From sequence record LC819008.1: a stretch of DNA of 64,000 nucleotides. The stretch is one strand, 5' to 3'. Positions 1 to 9,918 of this stretch are shown here, piece after piece. Under the pieces are notes generated by a model. The model was not told where the DNA came from and searched no databases. It saw nothing but the letters and a program-made list of their open reading frames with translations. Positions within the stretch are counted from its first letter, which is position 1. Each line of letters starts with the position of its first letter. Made by a program: the position numbers and the translations under genes.

Positions 1-3
1 ATG

Positions 4-612
4 TCACCACGCATTATAGCCAGAAGGAAGCGGATATGTCAGTCCGGTTCCAGTCAGCAAGTTAGCCGAACTATTGCTACCAGTTGCAGCCGCTCCCGAG
101 ATCATCGGATAGAAAGTCGTAGCCGATGAATAAGGTGTATAATCAAACGAGTTAAACGCAACCCCGTTTTTATAAAACTTCATGGTCTTGGCCGTCAGAT
201 CCATAGCGACGCCAATGACGTCGTTGAGCCAGGCATAAGTACCATACGAAAAACGTTGTGCTGTTCCGTAAAGCAACGCAGATACGTTCGACGTGTAGCT
301 ATAGAGAAGCAGTTCACCGGGACCACCCTGGTTCCATGGATGAAAGAGTCCAGTCGTCGACGGAGCAACTCCAATGCCAGGAGTGTAGCCCCCACTACCA
401 GATTCGATTCCAGTAATCTTGACTTCGAAATACCATTTTCCTGAAGAACGAGCAATCGTTCCTCGTACCGATCCACCAATGGTCGAATCGAATGTAACTG
501 TTTTATTTCCATTGGACAACGTTACGCCAGAAGCATACATGTCGCCAGGATTCAAAGTCAGAGTCGATGTCTGGACTACAGACTTCTTATAAAGAAGTAA
601 CGGGTCATGCAT
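4..612 (-). CDS. SPRY/concanavalin-A-like lectin domain protein (putative virion/receptor-binding accessory protein)
   Basis: SPRY-type motifs 'GKWYFEVKI', 'GIGVAP' and 'DVIGVAMDLTAKTMKFYKNGV'. ATG at 612 is preferred over the GTG at 624 because it lies just after the upstream stop at 627. Confidence 0.7.
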   Translation of the reverse strand: MHDPLLLYKKSVVQTSTLTLNPGDMYASGVTLSNGNKTVTFDSTIGGSVRGTIARSSGKWYFEVKITGIESGSGGYTPGIGVAPSTTGLFHPWNQGGPGELLLYSYTSNVSALLYGTAQRFSYGTYAWLNDVIGVAMDLTAKTMKFYKNGVAFNSFDYTPYSSATTFYPMISGAAATGSNSSANLLTGTGLTYPLPSGYNAW

Positions 613-626
613 AATTTTCACCAAAC

Positions 627-1307
627 TTAAATCAGTCCACCAACAGGCGGTGTAAAGTTAGCCGTAATGATTGCAGAATCCCAGAATCCCCATTCGGCCG
701 TATAAACGTTTATACCAGACTGACCAACAATCATGCTGTTGTTGTTTATGATAGACGTACTGTCTGAGAAGTTGGCATAGGTATAGGAAGAACCAGTGCC
801 ATTTGCTAGCATGATTGCAGTACCGTTTATGTAAACGGTATTTACATTGGCCTTTCGCATAAATGCGATATGGTACCACGCTGTCGACATCTGGCCTTCA
901 GTCACACTGGCATCCCAGCATGTGGCGATGGTCGACATGGCATAGCCGAACTGCAGTCGATTACCGAAACCGTTGTCGCCGGTTCGGATATTAAACGCAC
1001 TGCTCATTATCGTTACATAGCCGGTTGCGCCGACCAGTAATACTCGAAGAATTGCAGTGAAGTCAGCAGTACTGGTCCGACTTCCATTAGCATAATTGAT
1101 CGTATCAACGCCCTTCATCGCAGTCGTATAACCAGAGAGCGAAATAGGAGGCGTTACAATCGCACCTGCGGCAGCAGTGTGGTTCGTGGGAGTGATCTTT
1201 CCAGTCGACGAATTGCTGCTGTAATTATAACCCCACAGAGGCTGAATGGAGTTGAGACCACCGCCACCCGACACTGCTTTCTTTTTTAAAAGCATCGGTG
1301 ATAACAT
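627..1307 (-). CDS. LamG/ConA-like beta-sandwich protein (putative tail-associated lectin)
   Basis: LamG-like 'DFTAILRV' and 'WYHIAFMRKANVNTVYING'; Ser/Thr/Gly-rich. ATG at 1307 (MLSPMLLKKK) is chosen over the GTG at 1340. Confidence 0.65.
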   Translation of the reverse strand: MLSPMLLKKKAVSGGGGLNSIQPLWGYNYSSNSSTGKITPTNHTAAAGAIVTPPISLSGYTTAMKGVDTINYANGSRTSTADFTAILRVLLVGATGYVTIMSSAFNIRTGDNGFGNRLQFGYAMSTIATCWDASVTEGQMSTAWYHIAFMRKANVNTVYINGTAIMLANGTGSSYTYANFSDSTSIINNNSMIVGQSGINVYTAEWGFWDSAIITANFTPPVGGLI

Positions 1308-1351
1308 AGTTTTCTCGCAAATTTGATTTACGTAAGTCACAGTATCGACCC

Positions 1352-1377
1352 CCTACCTAGCCTTTCGGCTAGGTAGG
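1352..1377 (-). terminator. Intergenic hairpin, probable terminator after the DNA polymerase gene
   Basis: Perfect 11-bp stem cctacctagcc/ggctaggtagg, with a GAAA loop on the minus strand. Confidence 0.65.
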
Positions 1378-1387
1378 AAGAGATCGA

Positions 1388-3538
1388 TCAATACGTATCG
1401 TAGATCATTCGCGTGTTTTTCTTGTTGCTCATGAAGATGCCCATGGTTTCCAAGATGTGGTAATAAGCACCACAGCAATCTCGCACAATCTTGCGTGCGT
1501 TCGAACCAATCAGGATCTCATCCGGAATGCCAGATAGCTGGATGATACTGACAGGAACGTAAATCGTTGTCATGTACTTACGACCGATGCGAGTACATTC
1601 GTCTTGAATATCCTTCACGAGATCCTTGTTCTGAATCTGATCCAGATAGACTTGCCAATCCGACACGTTACCGATTTCCAGAGAAACCTTCAACGACGTA
1701 TAGGGCGGCTCATCGACCATGCCATAGATCTTGCCAAACGTACGGTTCCAGAAAGTATGGTTCCAGTACGGCGTGCGATCTGCATCTTTGATTTTGTACG
1801 CATCTGCTTTCTTCAGGTGAGCAGCGCGGAAGTATTCGGTATTACCCGACTTCACGTCTTCATAGATCGACCATTCCTTCTCAGCGACCATGTCGACGAT
1901 GTCGTTCAGGTTAAGACCTTTACCATCCACCACGGCTTTCATGGATTCCAGCAGGAAGTCTTTCACTTCTGTCACAATCGCACCGGGCGTAGCCGACGAG
2001 ATCATATTTGCTCCCTTCAGTTCCAGGTCAGGCTTACGGAATACGTTACCTTCCTGTGCTGTCTTCATGGCGTAGTAGTGCTTGGCCATCGAAGTCGGGC
2101 AGAAGATCTTGAACTTGTACTCGTTTTTCATCTGCACATCGAACAGACGATCCGGATGGACGCCATAGTTCGCAGACATCATTGCATGCAGGTGAGATGA
2201 CGTTTGTGCGGCCAGATACACCACGACGTCGGAAGTCGATTCCATTTCGTCCGTGAAACCGATTTCGCCGTAAACACGACCAACCCATTCCTGAACAGTA
2301 AACAGAGTCGAGTCAGTATCGCCACCGAGAACCGAACGGCGAAGACTGGTCGGGAAGTTGCCCGTGGATGCAGGCATGTTGCCCGTGAGCCAGAAAGCAT
2401 CGATCAGCGGCTGCACTGAGCACAGCGTATTGTTGATGTTCTTGGCATTGGTTGCGAGAACGCCATAGTTGTGCGGACTTTCTTTCAGAATTTCCTTCGG
2501 CTTTTTACCAACCGAGAAAGAACGACAAATCTGACGCGACAAGTTAACGGTATCTTCCGAAACTGTCTTAAGAACGAACTGGGCTTCATCTACCGGCATC
2601 GATTCGTCGATGAAACGCGACAACTGATTCAGCAGACCAACCACAAAACCAGTATTGTGCTTGTACAGATGGTAGAAGTCACCAACATACACGAATGCTG
2701 CACGCTCAAGCGGCTTCATCGTTTCGACGAAATCCCACACAGGCTGCATGTGCTGGTTCGACTGGAAATAGAGCAAACGACTACGATCGATACAATCGTT
2801 GACGTCCTGCACAGTCGGCCAATGCAACTGGAACATCTTCATTGCTTCTTCGACCTTCTCCAGATCGGTGATAGCGCAGATCGACACGAGGTTGTTCAAG
2901 ATCGTGTCGCGGTCCATGTAGTGGCGGTTGCCTTCGATGAACTTTTCGTTGTTTGCGTTTCCGTATGCAGTCGTATTACGGCAGTTTGTCGTAAGCGACG
3001 AATGCGAAGTCGGATTAAATAGAGCCGTCGACGGAGTGAGCGAGGCCCCGGAGAGCGAGTTATTCGTGGTCTTTGCATTGTTCTGTCCGAGATCCTTAAA
3101 CACATAGAGAACCATGTCCCCTGCATTCTTGGCATCGAACATCTGATCTTTGAGCACCGAACGCTTAACGATGTTATCCATCGTGTAAAGCGACAGGAGC
3201 GATTGCCGAACATCCGGCGAGCAATACGACGTAAACGTCGGAGACATCGATTCGTTGTTCTCGAATACGTCTGCGAGATAACGCGACATCGTGGTTTCTT
3301 TGAGAACGCGGTCTTCGAAGTTCTCACGATGGAGGTAGCGCACCATCGGATCCCGGAATTCAAACAGACCACCGGGTTTCATGTTCTTGACGACGAATTC
3401 TCGTGCGGCTTGGATCGTGATTCCCTTTCTCTTGGAGAGAAAGAGCGATGCCTGGTCTACATAACCGTTGAGCACTTTCGTGTCACGGCGGTAGTCCTCT
3501 CGTTCTTTACGGAAAGTTACAGGTCGCAACTGATGCAT
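1388..3538 (-). CDS. Divergent family-B DNA polymerase, C-terminal (fingers/palm/thumb) subunit, phiKZ-like
   Basis: Motif B 'KTTNNSLSG' (KxxxNSxYG-like) and motif C 'GGDTDS'. No DxxSLYP motif A or exonuclease motifs are visible. Start moved to ATG 3538, which has an AAGGA RBS. Confidence 0.8.
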   Translation of the reverse strand: MHQLRPVTFRKEREDYRRDTKVLNGYVDQASLFLSKRKGITIQAAREFVVKNMKPGGLFEFRDPMVRYLHRENFEDRVLKETTMSRYLADVFENNESMSPTFTSYCSPDVRQSLLSLYTMDNIVKRSVLKDQMFDAKNAGDMVLYVFKDLGQNNAKTTNNSLSGASLTPSTALFNPTSHSSLTTNCRNTTAYGNANNEKFIEGNRHYMDRDTILNNLVSICAITDLEKVEEAMKMFQLHWPTVQDVNDCIDRSRLLYFQSNQHMQPVWDFVETMKPLERAAFVYVGDFYHLYKHNTGFVVGLLNQLSRFIDESMPVDEAQFVLKTVSEDTVNLSRQICRSFSVGKKPKEILKESPHNYGVLATNAKNINNTLCSVQPLIDAFWLTGNMPASTGNFPTSLRRSVLGGDTDSTLFTVQEWVGRVYGEIGFTDEMESTSDVVVYLAAQTSSHLHAMMSANYGVHPDRLFDVQMKNEYKFKIFCPTSMAKHYYAMKTAQEGNVFRKPDLELKGANMISSATPGAIVTEVKDFLLESMKAVVDGKGLNLNDIVDMVAEKEWSIYEDVKSGNTEYFRAAHLKKADAYKIKDADRTPYWNHTFWNRTFGKIYGMVDEPPYTSLKVSLEIGNVSDWQVYLDQIQNKDLVKDIQDECTRIGRKYMTTIYVPVSIIQLSGIPDEILIGSNARKIVRDCCGAYYHILETMGIFMSNKKNTRMIYDTY

Positions 3539-3648
3539 TGTTTCCGTTCCTTGGGTTGACAGCAAAAAAAGATAGCACCCCGTAAAGCAAATCCGAAGAT
3601 CACTTTACGGGGCGGATTCAAACTAGATGGTGACCTAACAAAAAAATA

Positions 3649-4074
3649 TCAGGTCGTGGTCGTATTGCCATTGAAGGTGATCTGGAAGTTGACGAAGCCA
3701 GCTTGCTTGAGCATCGTCGACAGGCGTACCAGATCCGACGTCGAGACGTTCGGAATGACGATACCGGCAACGCTGACCTGAACTTCCGAGATGGAAGTCG
3801 GGTCAATCCAGGGCTCACCGATGATGGTGATCGTGCCATCGATTTTCTTGATCCGGTAGTAGTTATACTGACGCGGATCGTTGGGGAAACCCGTCGGCAA
3901 GTTCCCGGACGAGACGACAGCTGCATGCACGGGCTGGATGTCGCCTTGGAGCATGACTGCAGTTTCGAAAGGGAAGTAGCCGAGGATCTCGACGCGTTTG
4001 AAAGAAGTACCCAGGACACTCGGAGCATACGTCTCGAAGTCATAGATCTTCTTATTGTCCATCGCTTGTGACAT
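3649..4074 (-). CDS. Conserved phiKZ-like hypothetical protein (possibly virion structural)
   Basis: 141-aa ORF with an AGGTG RBS, phage-like composition and the same orientation as its neighbours. Confidence 0.55.
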   Translation of the reverse strand: MSQAMDNKKIYDFETYAPSVLGTSFKRVEILGYFPFETAVMLQGDIQPVHAAVVSSGNLPTGFPNDPRQYNYYRIKKIDGTITIIGEPWIDPTSISEVQVSVAGIVIPNVSTSDLVRLSTMLKQAGFVNFQITFNGNTTTT

Positions 4075-4086
4075 GGATGTTCACCT

Positions 4087-4467
4087 TTAATCGTCGAACG
4101 GAGTTTCGAATCTTTTCACCACAATAGAGCGGTTATTCCGGTTCGACTCAGGTGCGTACTCGAATCCATCGCCGGCGTACAGACCGTGCGCCCGTAATTG
4201 CGACGCAATGTTTTTTACGAGAAGAAAAAAAGATTCCAGGAACCGCTGGAGGAATCTTGGATCGGGCTCCAGATGTTCACGATAGAAATTCCCCAACTTG
4301 GACAGTTGAGGTTCCTCGTGAACATCTTCGAGCTCGAAGATGATGACGTCGAACACCATCAGGACGACGTCACTCAAAACGTATTCAGGTAGTTTCTTCT
4401 CCGGACCCACATCGCGACAGAATTCACGAAGCGCGTGTCGGAGGTCGACAATTATCCGCTCAGACAT
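4087..4467 (-). CDS. Hypothetical protein (acidic, tandem-family candidate)
   Basis: 126-aa ORF with a GGGGA RBS, tightly packed in the operon; N-terminal 'IIVDLRH'. Confidence 0.6.
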   Translation of the reverse strand: MSERIIVDLRHALREFCRDVGPEKKLPEYVLSDVVLMVFDVIIFELEDVHEEPQLSKLGNFYREHLEPDPRFLQRFLESFFLLVKNIASQLRAHGLYAGDGFEYAPESNRNNRSIVVKRFETPFDD

Positions 4468-4880
4468 TCCCCTTCACCATGTTGGTCGATTTCATGTTCA
4501 GAAAAGATCTTGATGATCATATCCATACCCACAAACCCTTCAAATTTCAAAATGCTTGGAACTTGTGAGTTCAGAAGTTCAAGCTCTTTCATGTAACTAA
4601 AAAGTGTCGTCACGAATTCGTACGCCATCTGGGCAACGTCATCCGTGTACAACTCTTCGAGGATCCCCGTATCCGTGAGTTCCACGGCCATCTTCATCGT
4701 AGCTTCCAGGAGCTCGACATGTTGATTGGTCTTAGCGTTCTGAGAATGATGCAACCACATCACCATCGTGATTAGCATCTGCATCAGAACAAACTGATGT
4801 TCATCCTCTCGGAAATATTCCTCGAAGACGCTCTTCCATTTCTGGATCCGATCTTTCGTCGGAATAATGAATTTTTGCAT
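4452..4880 (-). CDS. Hypothetical protein
   Basis: 142-aa ORF overlapping the next gene by 16 nt. Confidence 0.6.
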   Translation of the reverse strand: MQKFIIPTKDRIQKWKSVFEEYFREDEHQFVLMQMLITMVMWLHHSQNAKTNQHVELLEATMKMAVELTDTGILEELYTDDVAQMAYEFVTTLFSYMKELELLNSQVPSILKFEGFVGMDMIIKIFSEHEIDQHGEGECLSG

Positions 4881-4935
4881 GTTAACGATTCGCCGATAGG
4901 TGTCTCATAACCATTGCCGAACGATCGATGTATTT

Positions 4936-5292
4936 TTATTCGATCACCTCAAACTTCAACGACATAAAACTGTCGCTGGGAATGAAGCTAACGTGCTGAT
5001 GAATGAACCCTGCACGCTGCAACTCGCGGAGAATGTGCGCACGGATCCTCATAAAGAAATCCATGATTCGCATCTGCTGCCCAACAGTAAATGGCTTGAC
5101 TTCCTGATGACCCTGAAACCAGTAGTCACCATAAACCATTCTCCTGATGTACGCGCGATCTTCTTTATCTCCACGTATGCCTTCACACAGGTTGTCTAGG
5201 GTCTCGGAATAATCGATTAATCCAAACTCCAGTGTAAAGAATTCCCGGAACATTTTCAGAATTTGGATCTTATCGATCAAGACCAGTTTCAT
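4936..5292 (-). CDS. Hypothetical protein
   Basis: ATG at 5292 forms an ATGA overlap with the upstream stop, which suggests translational coupling. 118 aa. Confidence 0.6.
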   Translation of the reverse strand: MKLVLIDKIQILKMFREFFTLEFGLIDYSETLDNLCEGIRGDKEDRAYIRRMVYGDYWFQGHQEVKPFTVGQQMRIMDFFMRIRAHILRELQRAGFIHQHVSFIPSDSFMSLKFEVIE

Positions 5293-5879
5293 CAGAACCT
5301 CAATCGCATTTTCAAAGCGTGAGCGCTGGACCACTGAAGGCTGCGTTCATCGATGGCATAATCGCCGTGCACATCGCGAATTAACGACATCGTCGCGCGA
5401 ACCATATCGTCTATGATTGCACCGACTTTTGTTGCTTCACGAATCTCGTACTCTTCAACCGAGTAATTCCGATTGAAGGTGGCGTTGGAGAAATAGGTTG
5501 CTTCTTCTTCCTTTTTCGTCCACTCAGCCATCGCATCGTTCATCTCCCGAAAGATCTGAACGTCACGTGCACTTATATCTACTTCTCGCTGGGTCGCCAT
5601 CACACACGACTCGATAAAACCCTCCAGTTCATGCGGATAGAAATACAACAGATCCTCGGCAGGACCCACCTTTTCGAATACGTGACGGAAATCCACCAGG
5701 TAGGTTCGCTCACCCATGTAACGATCCTCCTTTAGCACTTCAATCATCCTCGGGTATTGCGTTGTGAAAAGATTCCGATTACGGAACGACTCATCTCTCA
5801 AAGCCAGCCCCGGTTTCGTTTCCACCTGGACCAGCCTAGAAGAAGTAGCCTCGTTGTTCTTCGTAACGTTCTGGAACAT
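5292..5879 (-). CDS. Hypothetical protein (acidic)
   Basis: 195-aa ORF containing 'YLVDFRH'; start uncertain. Confidence 0.6.
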   Translation of the reverse strand: MFQNVTKNNEATSSRLVQVETKPGLALRDESFRNRNLFTTQYPRMIEVLKEDRYMGERTYLVDFRHVFEKVGPAEDLLYFYPHELEGFIESCVMATQREVDISARDVQIFREMNDAMAEWTKKEEEATYFSNATFNRNYSVEEYEIREATKVGAIIDDMVRATMSLIRDVHGDYAIDERSLQWSSAHALKMRLRF

Positions 5880-6261
5880 TGATAATCAGCTCCAATCTCT
5901 CGGTCAACCAGTACATGTCTTCAGGTAGCTCGGCAGCGATATTCGGAAACCACGCCAAGACTTCACCCAGTACCAGATGTTCGAGTTCTTGTTTTACAAA
6001 GTCCGCCTCACCATTGATCATGCAATCGAGGTTCAGCGCCAGATCGAGTTCTTCCTGCATCTCGGTATGATCCGAAGTCAGATCAAAAACCTTCTCCACG
6101 ATCAAAGGAAGAATCTCCTTGATGTGGCAGGTCGAATACGTTTTGCCTTTTTCTGTAGCCCGTCTGACGTACCAGTTAATGGGACGATGCAGATCGACTA
6201 GATATCTACCACCTTTGTACGGTGGCTTTGGATAGACGGGATCATCGTCAAATGGTCTCAT
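5836..6261 (-). CDS. Hypothetical protein (acidic)
   Basis: ORF containing 'YLVDLHR'. ATG 6261 is preferred over TTG 6321. Confidence 0.55.
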   Translation of the reverse strand: MRPFDDDPVYPKPPYKGGRYLVDLHRPINWYVRRATEKGKTYSTCHIKEILPLIVEKVFDLTSDHTEMQEELDLALNLDCMINGEADFVKQELEHLVLGEVLAWFPNIAAELPEDMYWLTERLELIINVPERYEEQRGYFF

Positions 6262-6823
6262 GCCGGTTAGCAATCTTTTCTTGTTCCGCTTTCGTCCACT
6301 GGATGACTCGCCAGTCTGCATACTCTTCGATCATCAGAGTGCGCAGATCACGACCTTGCGTGAGGCGATGCAAGACGAAACGGTTCGGATTCATGTGCTC
6401 GGTCGTCAGAGCCAGCAATTGCTTGAGGACATCATCCAGCATGTCCGCAGCTTTCTTGTTTGCCGGATCGTTCAGATCGTAACGCAATTCTTCACGCAGT
6501 TCCGCTTCAATGTCGAAACCGATCAACTCACGAAGATTCATGAGGTGGATATGCCAGTCACAGTCTTCGCCATAAACCCAGGCGCGGCGACGATTGACGA
6601 TAGCTTCCATGATCGTGATGACGACCTTGCGAACAAGATGCGTGAGAGCCGGTTTTGTAAAGTCGTATTCCTGGATGCTCGGCAGCATCTCGAAGATGTT
6701 CATGATGGCAGCGATATGCTGCTGCGGATCGATAATGGTAATCTTGAACGGACGATCGGAGATAACCGAAGTATCCATCCAGACTACACCATCCGATGCT
6801 TTTGTGAATTCGGGTTCTTTCAC
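6248..6823 (-). CDS. Hypothetical protein
   Basis: 191-aa ORF with GTG start and AAGGACGGAG upstream; first gene of the cluster. Confidence 0.6.
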   Translation of the reverse strand: MKEPEFTKASDGVVWMDTSVISDRPFKITIIDPQQHIAAIMNIFEMLPSIQEYDFTKPALTHLVRKVVITIMEAIVNRRRAWVYGEDCDWHIHLMNLRELIGFDIEAELREELRYDLNDPANKKAADMLDDVLKQLLALTTEHMNPNRFVLHRLTQGRDLRTLMIEEYADWRVIQWTKAEQEKIANRHETI

Positions 6824-6980
6824 CTAAACTCCGTCCTTGTAAAATGCCTCTAAAAGCTGCAGAATGACCCCGTAGTGCATTTGATTAGTGTCGGATATAA
6901 GAATATACTTACAACCATTCCAAAGCCTTCAGAGAGCCTAAAATTTAAATATAAAAATTTGGCGGCATAAGTGGAAGACC

Positions 6981-7004
6981 CCAGAACCCCCGAAGGAGTT
7001 CTGG
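6981..7004 (-). terminator. Hairpin after phuZ
   Basis: Minus strand reads ccagaactcc-TTCG-ggggttctgg: a 10-bp stem with one G.U pair and a UUCG loop. Confidence 0.65.
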
Positions 7005-7017
7005 AGTTCACCCAGCT

Positions 7018-8034
7018 TTAGAACACCAGGCCGTTGGATGCACGTTTCTTCGTGCCATCCGACAGCTTGTTCTTCACGACGCGAGCAGCTTCACGCTGTT
7101 CGTAATCGGCGACTTGCTTGCGAAGGCCCTTGACGACCGTGTCGAGGAAACCATCAGCCACCGCGAAATGCAGCGGGAAGCTGAGTGCACGCTTGTCGAC
7201 CGGCAAAGCTGCTTCATGCTCGACGATATGAACCGGTACGCCGACACGTTGGTATTCGACCGGCTGGCCGACTTTCGTGTTGTTCAGGTCCGTGTTCAGC
7301 GTTGCGACCGAGATCAGGTTGACGTCGCCGATCACCATCTTTTCCTGGTGGATCGACAGCACGCCGACTTGCGGTGCGTACGTGGTGACTTCGTCGAAGT
7401 GCAGCCAGTTGTGCAAATCGCGTTGGTCCAGGTTCTTGTTCTGGCCGCTGTAGAGCGCGGTCAGGCACGAGATTGCCAGATGAACCTTCGCGTCGATCTC
7501 TTCGATCGTGCCGTCGACACCGTTTTGCAGGAATTGCAGAACGATCGGTTTCTCGCGTGCTTCGACGATGCCTTCGTACGATTCGAGAGTGCCGATGCAG
7601 TTCTCGATGTAGTTCTTGGTGTCGTCACCGCCGATTACGAATGCGATTACCGACTTGCCCTGGTTCAGCGCTTCCGAAACGATCGACGGACCCATCACCG
7701 AACCCGAGCCGCCGGTAGCGGAATGGATCACGATGTTGATGTCGCCCAGCGGGAAACGTTGCAGCATTTCGCCGGTGTACTTGACGATGTCTGCGCCGTT
7801 GTGGCTACGCTTACCGCCCGAGCCGTTGGCTTCCGGCAGCTGATAGAAGAACTCTTCGGGCACGCCGAAGGTAGATGCTTTGGAGGTGTCCATGTACACC
7901 GGATTGACTTCTGCGTAACCGGCATTCTTCTTGCCGCGTTCGAGTTCGAAGTACTTGCCGATACCGATGCCTGCACCGCCCGTGCAGAAAATGTTGATTT
8001 TGCCCAGCGTGTTGGTATTGTTCAGATCCGACAT
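7018..8034 (-). CDS. phuZ: Phage tubulin PhuZ (spindle GTPase)
   Basis: Tubulin/FtsZ motifs 'FCTGGAGIGIG' and 'GSGGKRS', signature 'HSATGGSGSVMGP', T7 loop 'LDQRD', and a C-terminal tail ending 'GLVF' like PhuZ. 338 aa. Confidence 0.93.
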   Translation of the reverse strand: MSDLNNTNTLGKINIFCTGGAGIGIGKYFELERGKKNAGYAEVNPVYMDTSKASTFGVPEEFFYQLPEANGSGGKRSHNGADIVKYTGEMLQRFPLGDINIVIHSATGGSGSVMGPSIVSEALNQGKSVIAFVIGGDDTKNYIENCIGTLESYEGIVEAREKPIVLQFLQNGVDGTIEEIDAKVHLAISCLTALYSGQNKNLDQRDLHNWLHFDEVTTYAPQVGVLSIHQEKMVIGDVNLISVATLNTDLNNTKVGQPVEYQRVGVPVHIVEHEAALPVDKRALSFPLHFAVADGFLDTVVKGLRKQVADYEQREAARVVKNKLSDGTKKRASNGLVF

Positions 8035-8104
8035 GTTCAGTTCTCACTGTGAAATTTTAAAAGATGAGCCAGCGTCGAATTGATTTCGATACTGATTCAC
8101 GTTT

Positions 8105-8119
8105 GTAATATATCGCTGA
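8105..8119 (-). promoter_or_regulatory. Early-promoter-like motif upstream of phuZ
   Basis: Minus strand TCAGCGATATATTAC contains TATATTAC, the reported phiKZ early promoter core. It lies about 70 nt upstream of the start. Confidence 0.65.
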
Positions 8120-8143
8120 ATTTCGTTTAAACAAGGACTCCCT

Positions 8144-8956
8144 ATGCATTCAGGATCGGCCGTTGAGAAGGCCATCACGGAGATCAAGTACATCATCCCT
8201 GAGGAGATTCTTGATCTCGTCTTTCTCAAGAAAGCTTACTTCTTTCGTGACAGGCCGACCAACCTGGATCGAGAAATAATCAAGAAGGTCATCGCACCAC
8301 GCGTGATGGTCGACTGCAGTCTCATCGGAGGTACAGACTATATCGTACCCCTGATGGATATTTATCGCGAGCTTACCGAGGAGTGGATGGCTGTTTACCG
8401 CATCCCGAAAGAGTTCACCGATAACCGCAGCGTCATGTCGATTCTCGGCGTGATGTACATTAACCCGTACATGGTCTCGGCTCCTGCGGGCAACAACATT
8501 ACTGGCTGGTCGCACATCATGGCGACTACTCAGGCAGTGTTGGAAGCGATGTCTCCGATTCCGAACTTCAGTTCATCGGACGTTTCGCTTGAAGGTGAGA
8601 ACGTGATTGTCATTCGTGATGCTCGTGTTCTGCCCTCGTTCAGTTATGCTCGTGTCATTCTGTCTTACGACGAGTACATGAGCAACATCAATCCGCGTTC
8701 GTATCTCGCGTTTGCCAAGATGTGTGAACTCGCAGTCAAGTCATACATCTGGAAGAACCGCGTGATTCCTCTGGATCGTGGTGAACTGACTGCTGGCGTG
8801 ACGCTTGGCGCCATCAAGGAAGTCATCGACGAGTACAAGGATGCGGAACAGATGTATCAGGATTATCGCAAAGACACCATGCGAAAAGTCCTGTTGATGA
8901 ACGACGAAGGACGCAAACGTCGTCATCTCACGCGCATTATTGGCGGCTATAAATAA
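8144..8956 (+). CDS. Conserved phiKZ-like hypothetical protein
   Basis: 270-aa ORF divergent from phuZ, with an AAGGA RBS, followed by a hairpin. Confidence 0.7.
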   Translation: MHSGSAVEKAITEIKYIIPEEILDLVFLKKAYFFRDRPTNLDREIIKKVIAPRVMVDCSLIGGTDYIVPLMDIYRELTEEWMAVYRIPKEFTDNRSVMSILGVMYINPYMVSAPAGNNITGWSHIMATTQAVLEAMSPIPNFSSSDVSLEGENVIVIRDARVLPSFSYARVILSYDEYMSNINPRSYLAFAKMCELAVKSYIWKNRVIPLDRGELTAGVTLGAIKEVIDEYKDAEQMYQDYRKDTMRKVLLMNDEGRKRRHLTRIIGGYK

Positions 8957-8964
8957 TGTGGACT

Positions 8965-8992
8965 CCTACTCTACCCGAAAGGGTAGAGTAGG
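8965..8992 (+). terminator. Hairpin between convergent genes
   Basis: 12-bp perfect stem cctactctaccc/gggtagagtagg with a GAAA loop. Confidence 0.7.
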
Positions 8993-8998
8993 TAGACC

Positions 8999-9484
8999 TT
9001 ATGCTGTCGGATAGGAATCCGGGTAATCGTGATGCTTGAAGCCGTTGAGTCTGTCTTCGGCCTTGGCATCTTTGTATTTGTCGTTATTGATCACGACCGT
9101 CACGTGAGTATCGTCAAGCCAACCTTCGCGACTGACTTCGGAAATGTTTTTCAACATTTCGTCACTGCCGGCGGGAAGCTCACCTGCGATATGTTTGTTC
9201 TGGACATCTTGCCAGATAACGTGGTTGTAGCCCAAAAAGAAAATAGCCCACATCGCCGCAAGACATAACCACGCTCCAGCATCACGAGGCATGTGATACA
9301 GGAAGAATGCTGCGGAAACGACGAACAGCCAGAACGTCATCATGATCGCAAAGACCCAGTAACCGACCGCCTGCTGAGACCAGTTGAAGAGGATCGAATC
9401 CTCCTGATACATCAGCTGGTTCACCATCATGAAAAACGTGAACGCGAATAACAGCCAAAACAGAACACCCACAGCGGTATACAT
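8999..9484 (-). CDS. Multi-pass membrane protein (about 3 TM segments)
   Basis: Hydrophobic stretches 'VGVLFWLLFAFTFFMMV', 'YWVFAIMMTFWLFVVSAAFFLY' and 'AWLCLAAMWAIFFLGY'; GTGAGG RBS. Confidence 0.65.
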   Translation of the reverse strand: MYTAVGVLFWLLFAFTFFMMVNQLMYQEDSILFNWSQQAVGYWVFAIMMTFWLFVVSAAFFLYHMPRDAGAWLCLAAMWAIFFLGYNHVIWQDVQNKHIAGELPAGSDEMLKNISEVSREGWLDDTHVTVVINNDKYKDAKAEDRLNGFKHHDYPDSYPTA

Positions 9485-9587
9485 GGCCTACCTCACTTGT
9501 TATTAAAAAACGACCAAAAAAAATCCCAGGATAAGCTCTGGGATTGAAAAGCCCATCTCGGGGAGACCGGATGGGCTGGGCTACTGT

Positions 9588-9872
9588 TTAAACCGCTTCG
9601 AGCTTGAGGCTGTTACGCAGCACCACACCATTCATGGCACGTTCGATAGCTGCTTCAGCTTTCTTTGCTGCGAGGTCGGCTTCGCGCATTGCCATGCGTT
9701 GTGCATGGACATATTCTCGCACTTGCTTTTCTTCGCGAACCGTGAGGTTCTGACGTTCGAGGCGGTTGTTGACTTCGTCCCACTCGACTTCTTCAAACTT
9801 CTTGCCGTCCATGTACTTGTCCGACAGGAAGAGGCAGAATTCGAGAACGGTGACTTGATAGAGGTTATTCAT
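9588..9872 (-). CDS. Hypothetical helical protein
   Basis: 94 aa with an AGGAG RBS and an Ala/Glu/Lys-rich C-terminus. Confidence 0.6.
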   Translation of the reverse strand: MNNLYQVTVLEFCLFLSDKYMDGKKFEEVEWDEVNNRLERQNLTVREEKQVREYVHAQRMAMREADLAAKKAEAAIERAMNGVVLRNSLKLEAV

Positions 9873-9918
9873 GATGATGCTCCTGAGAGTTTGGAAATTA
9901 CACAGACGGTAGAGGAAG

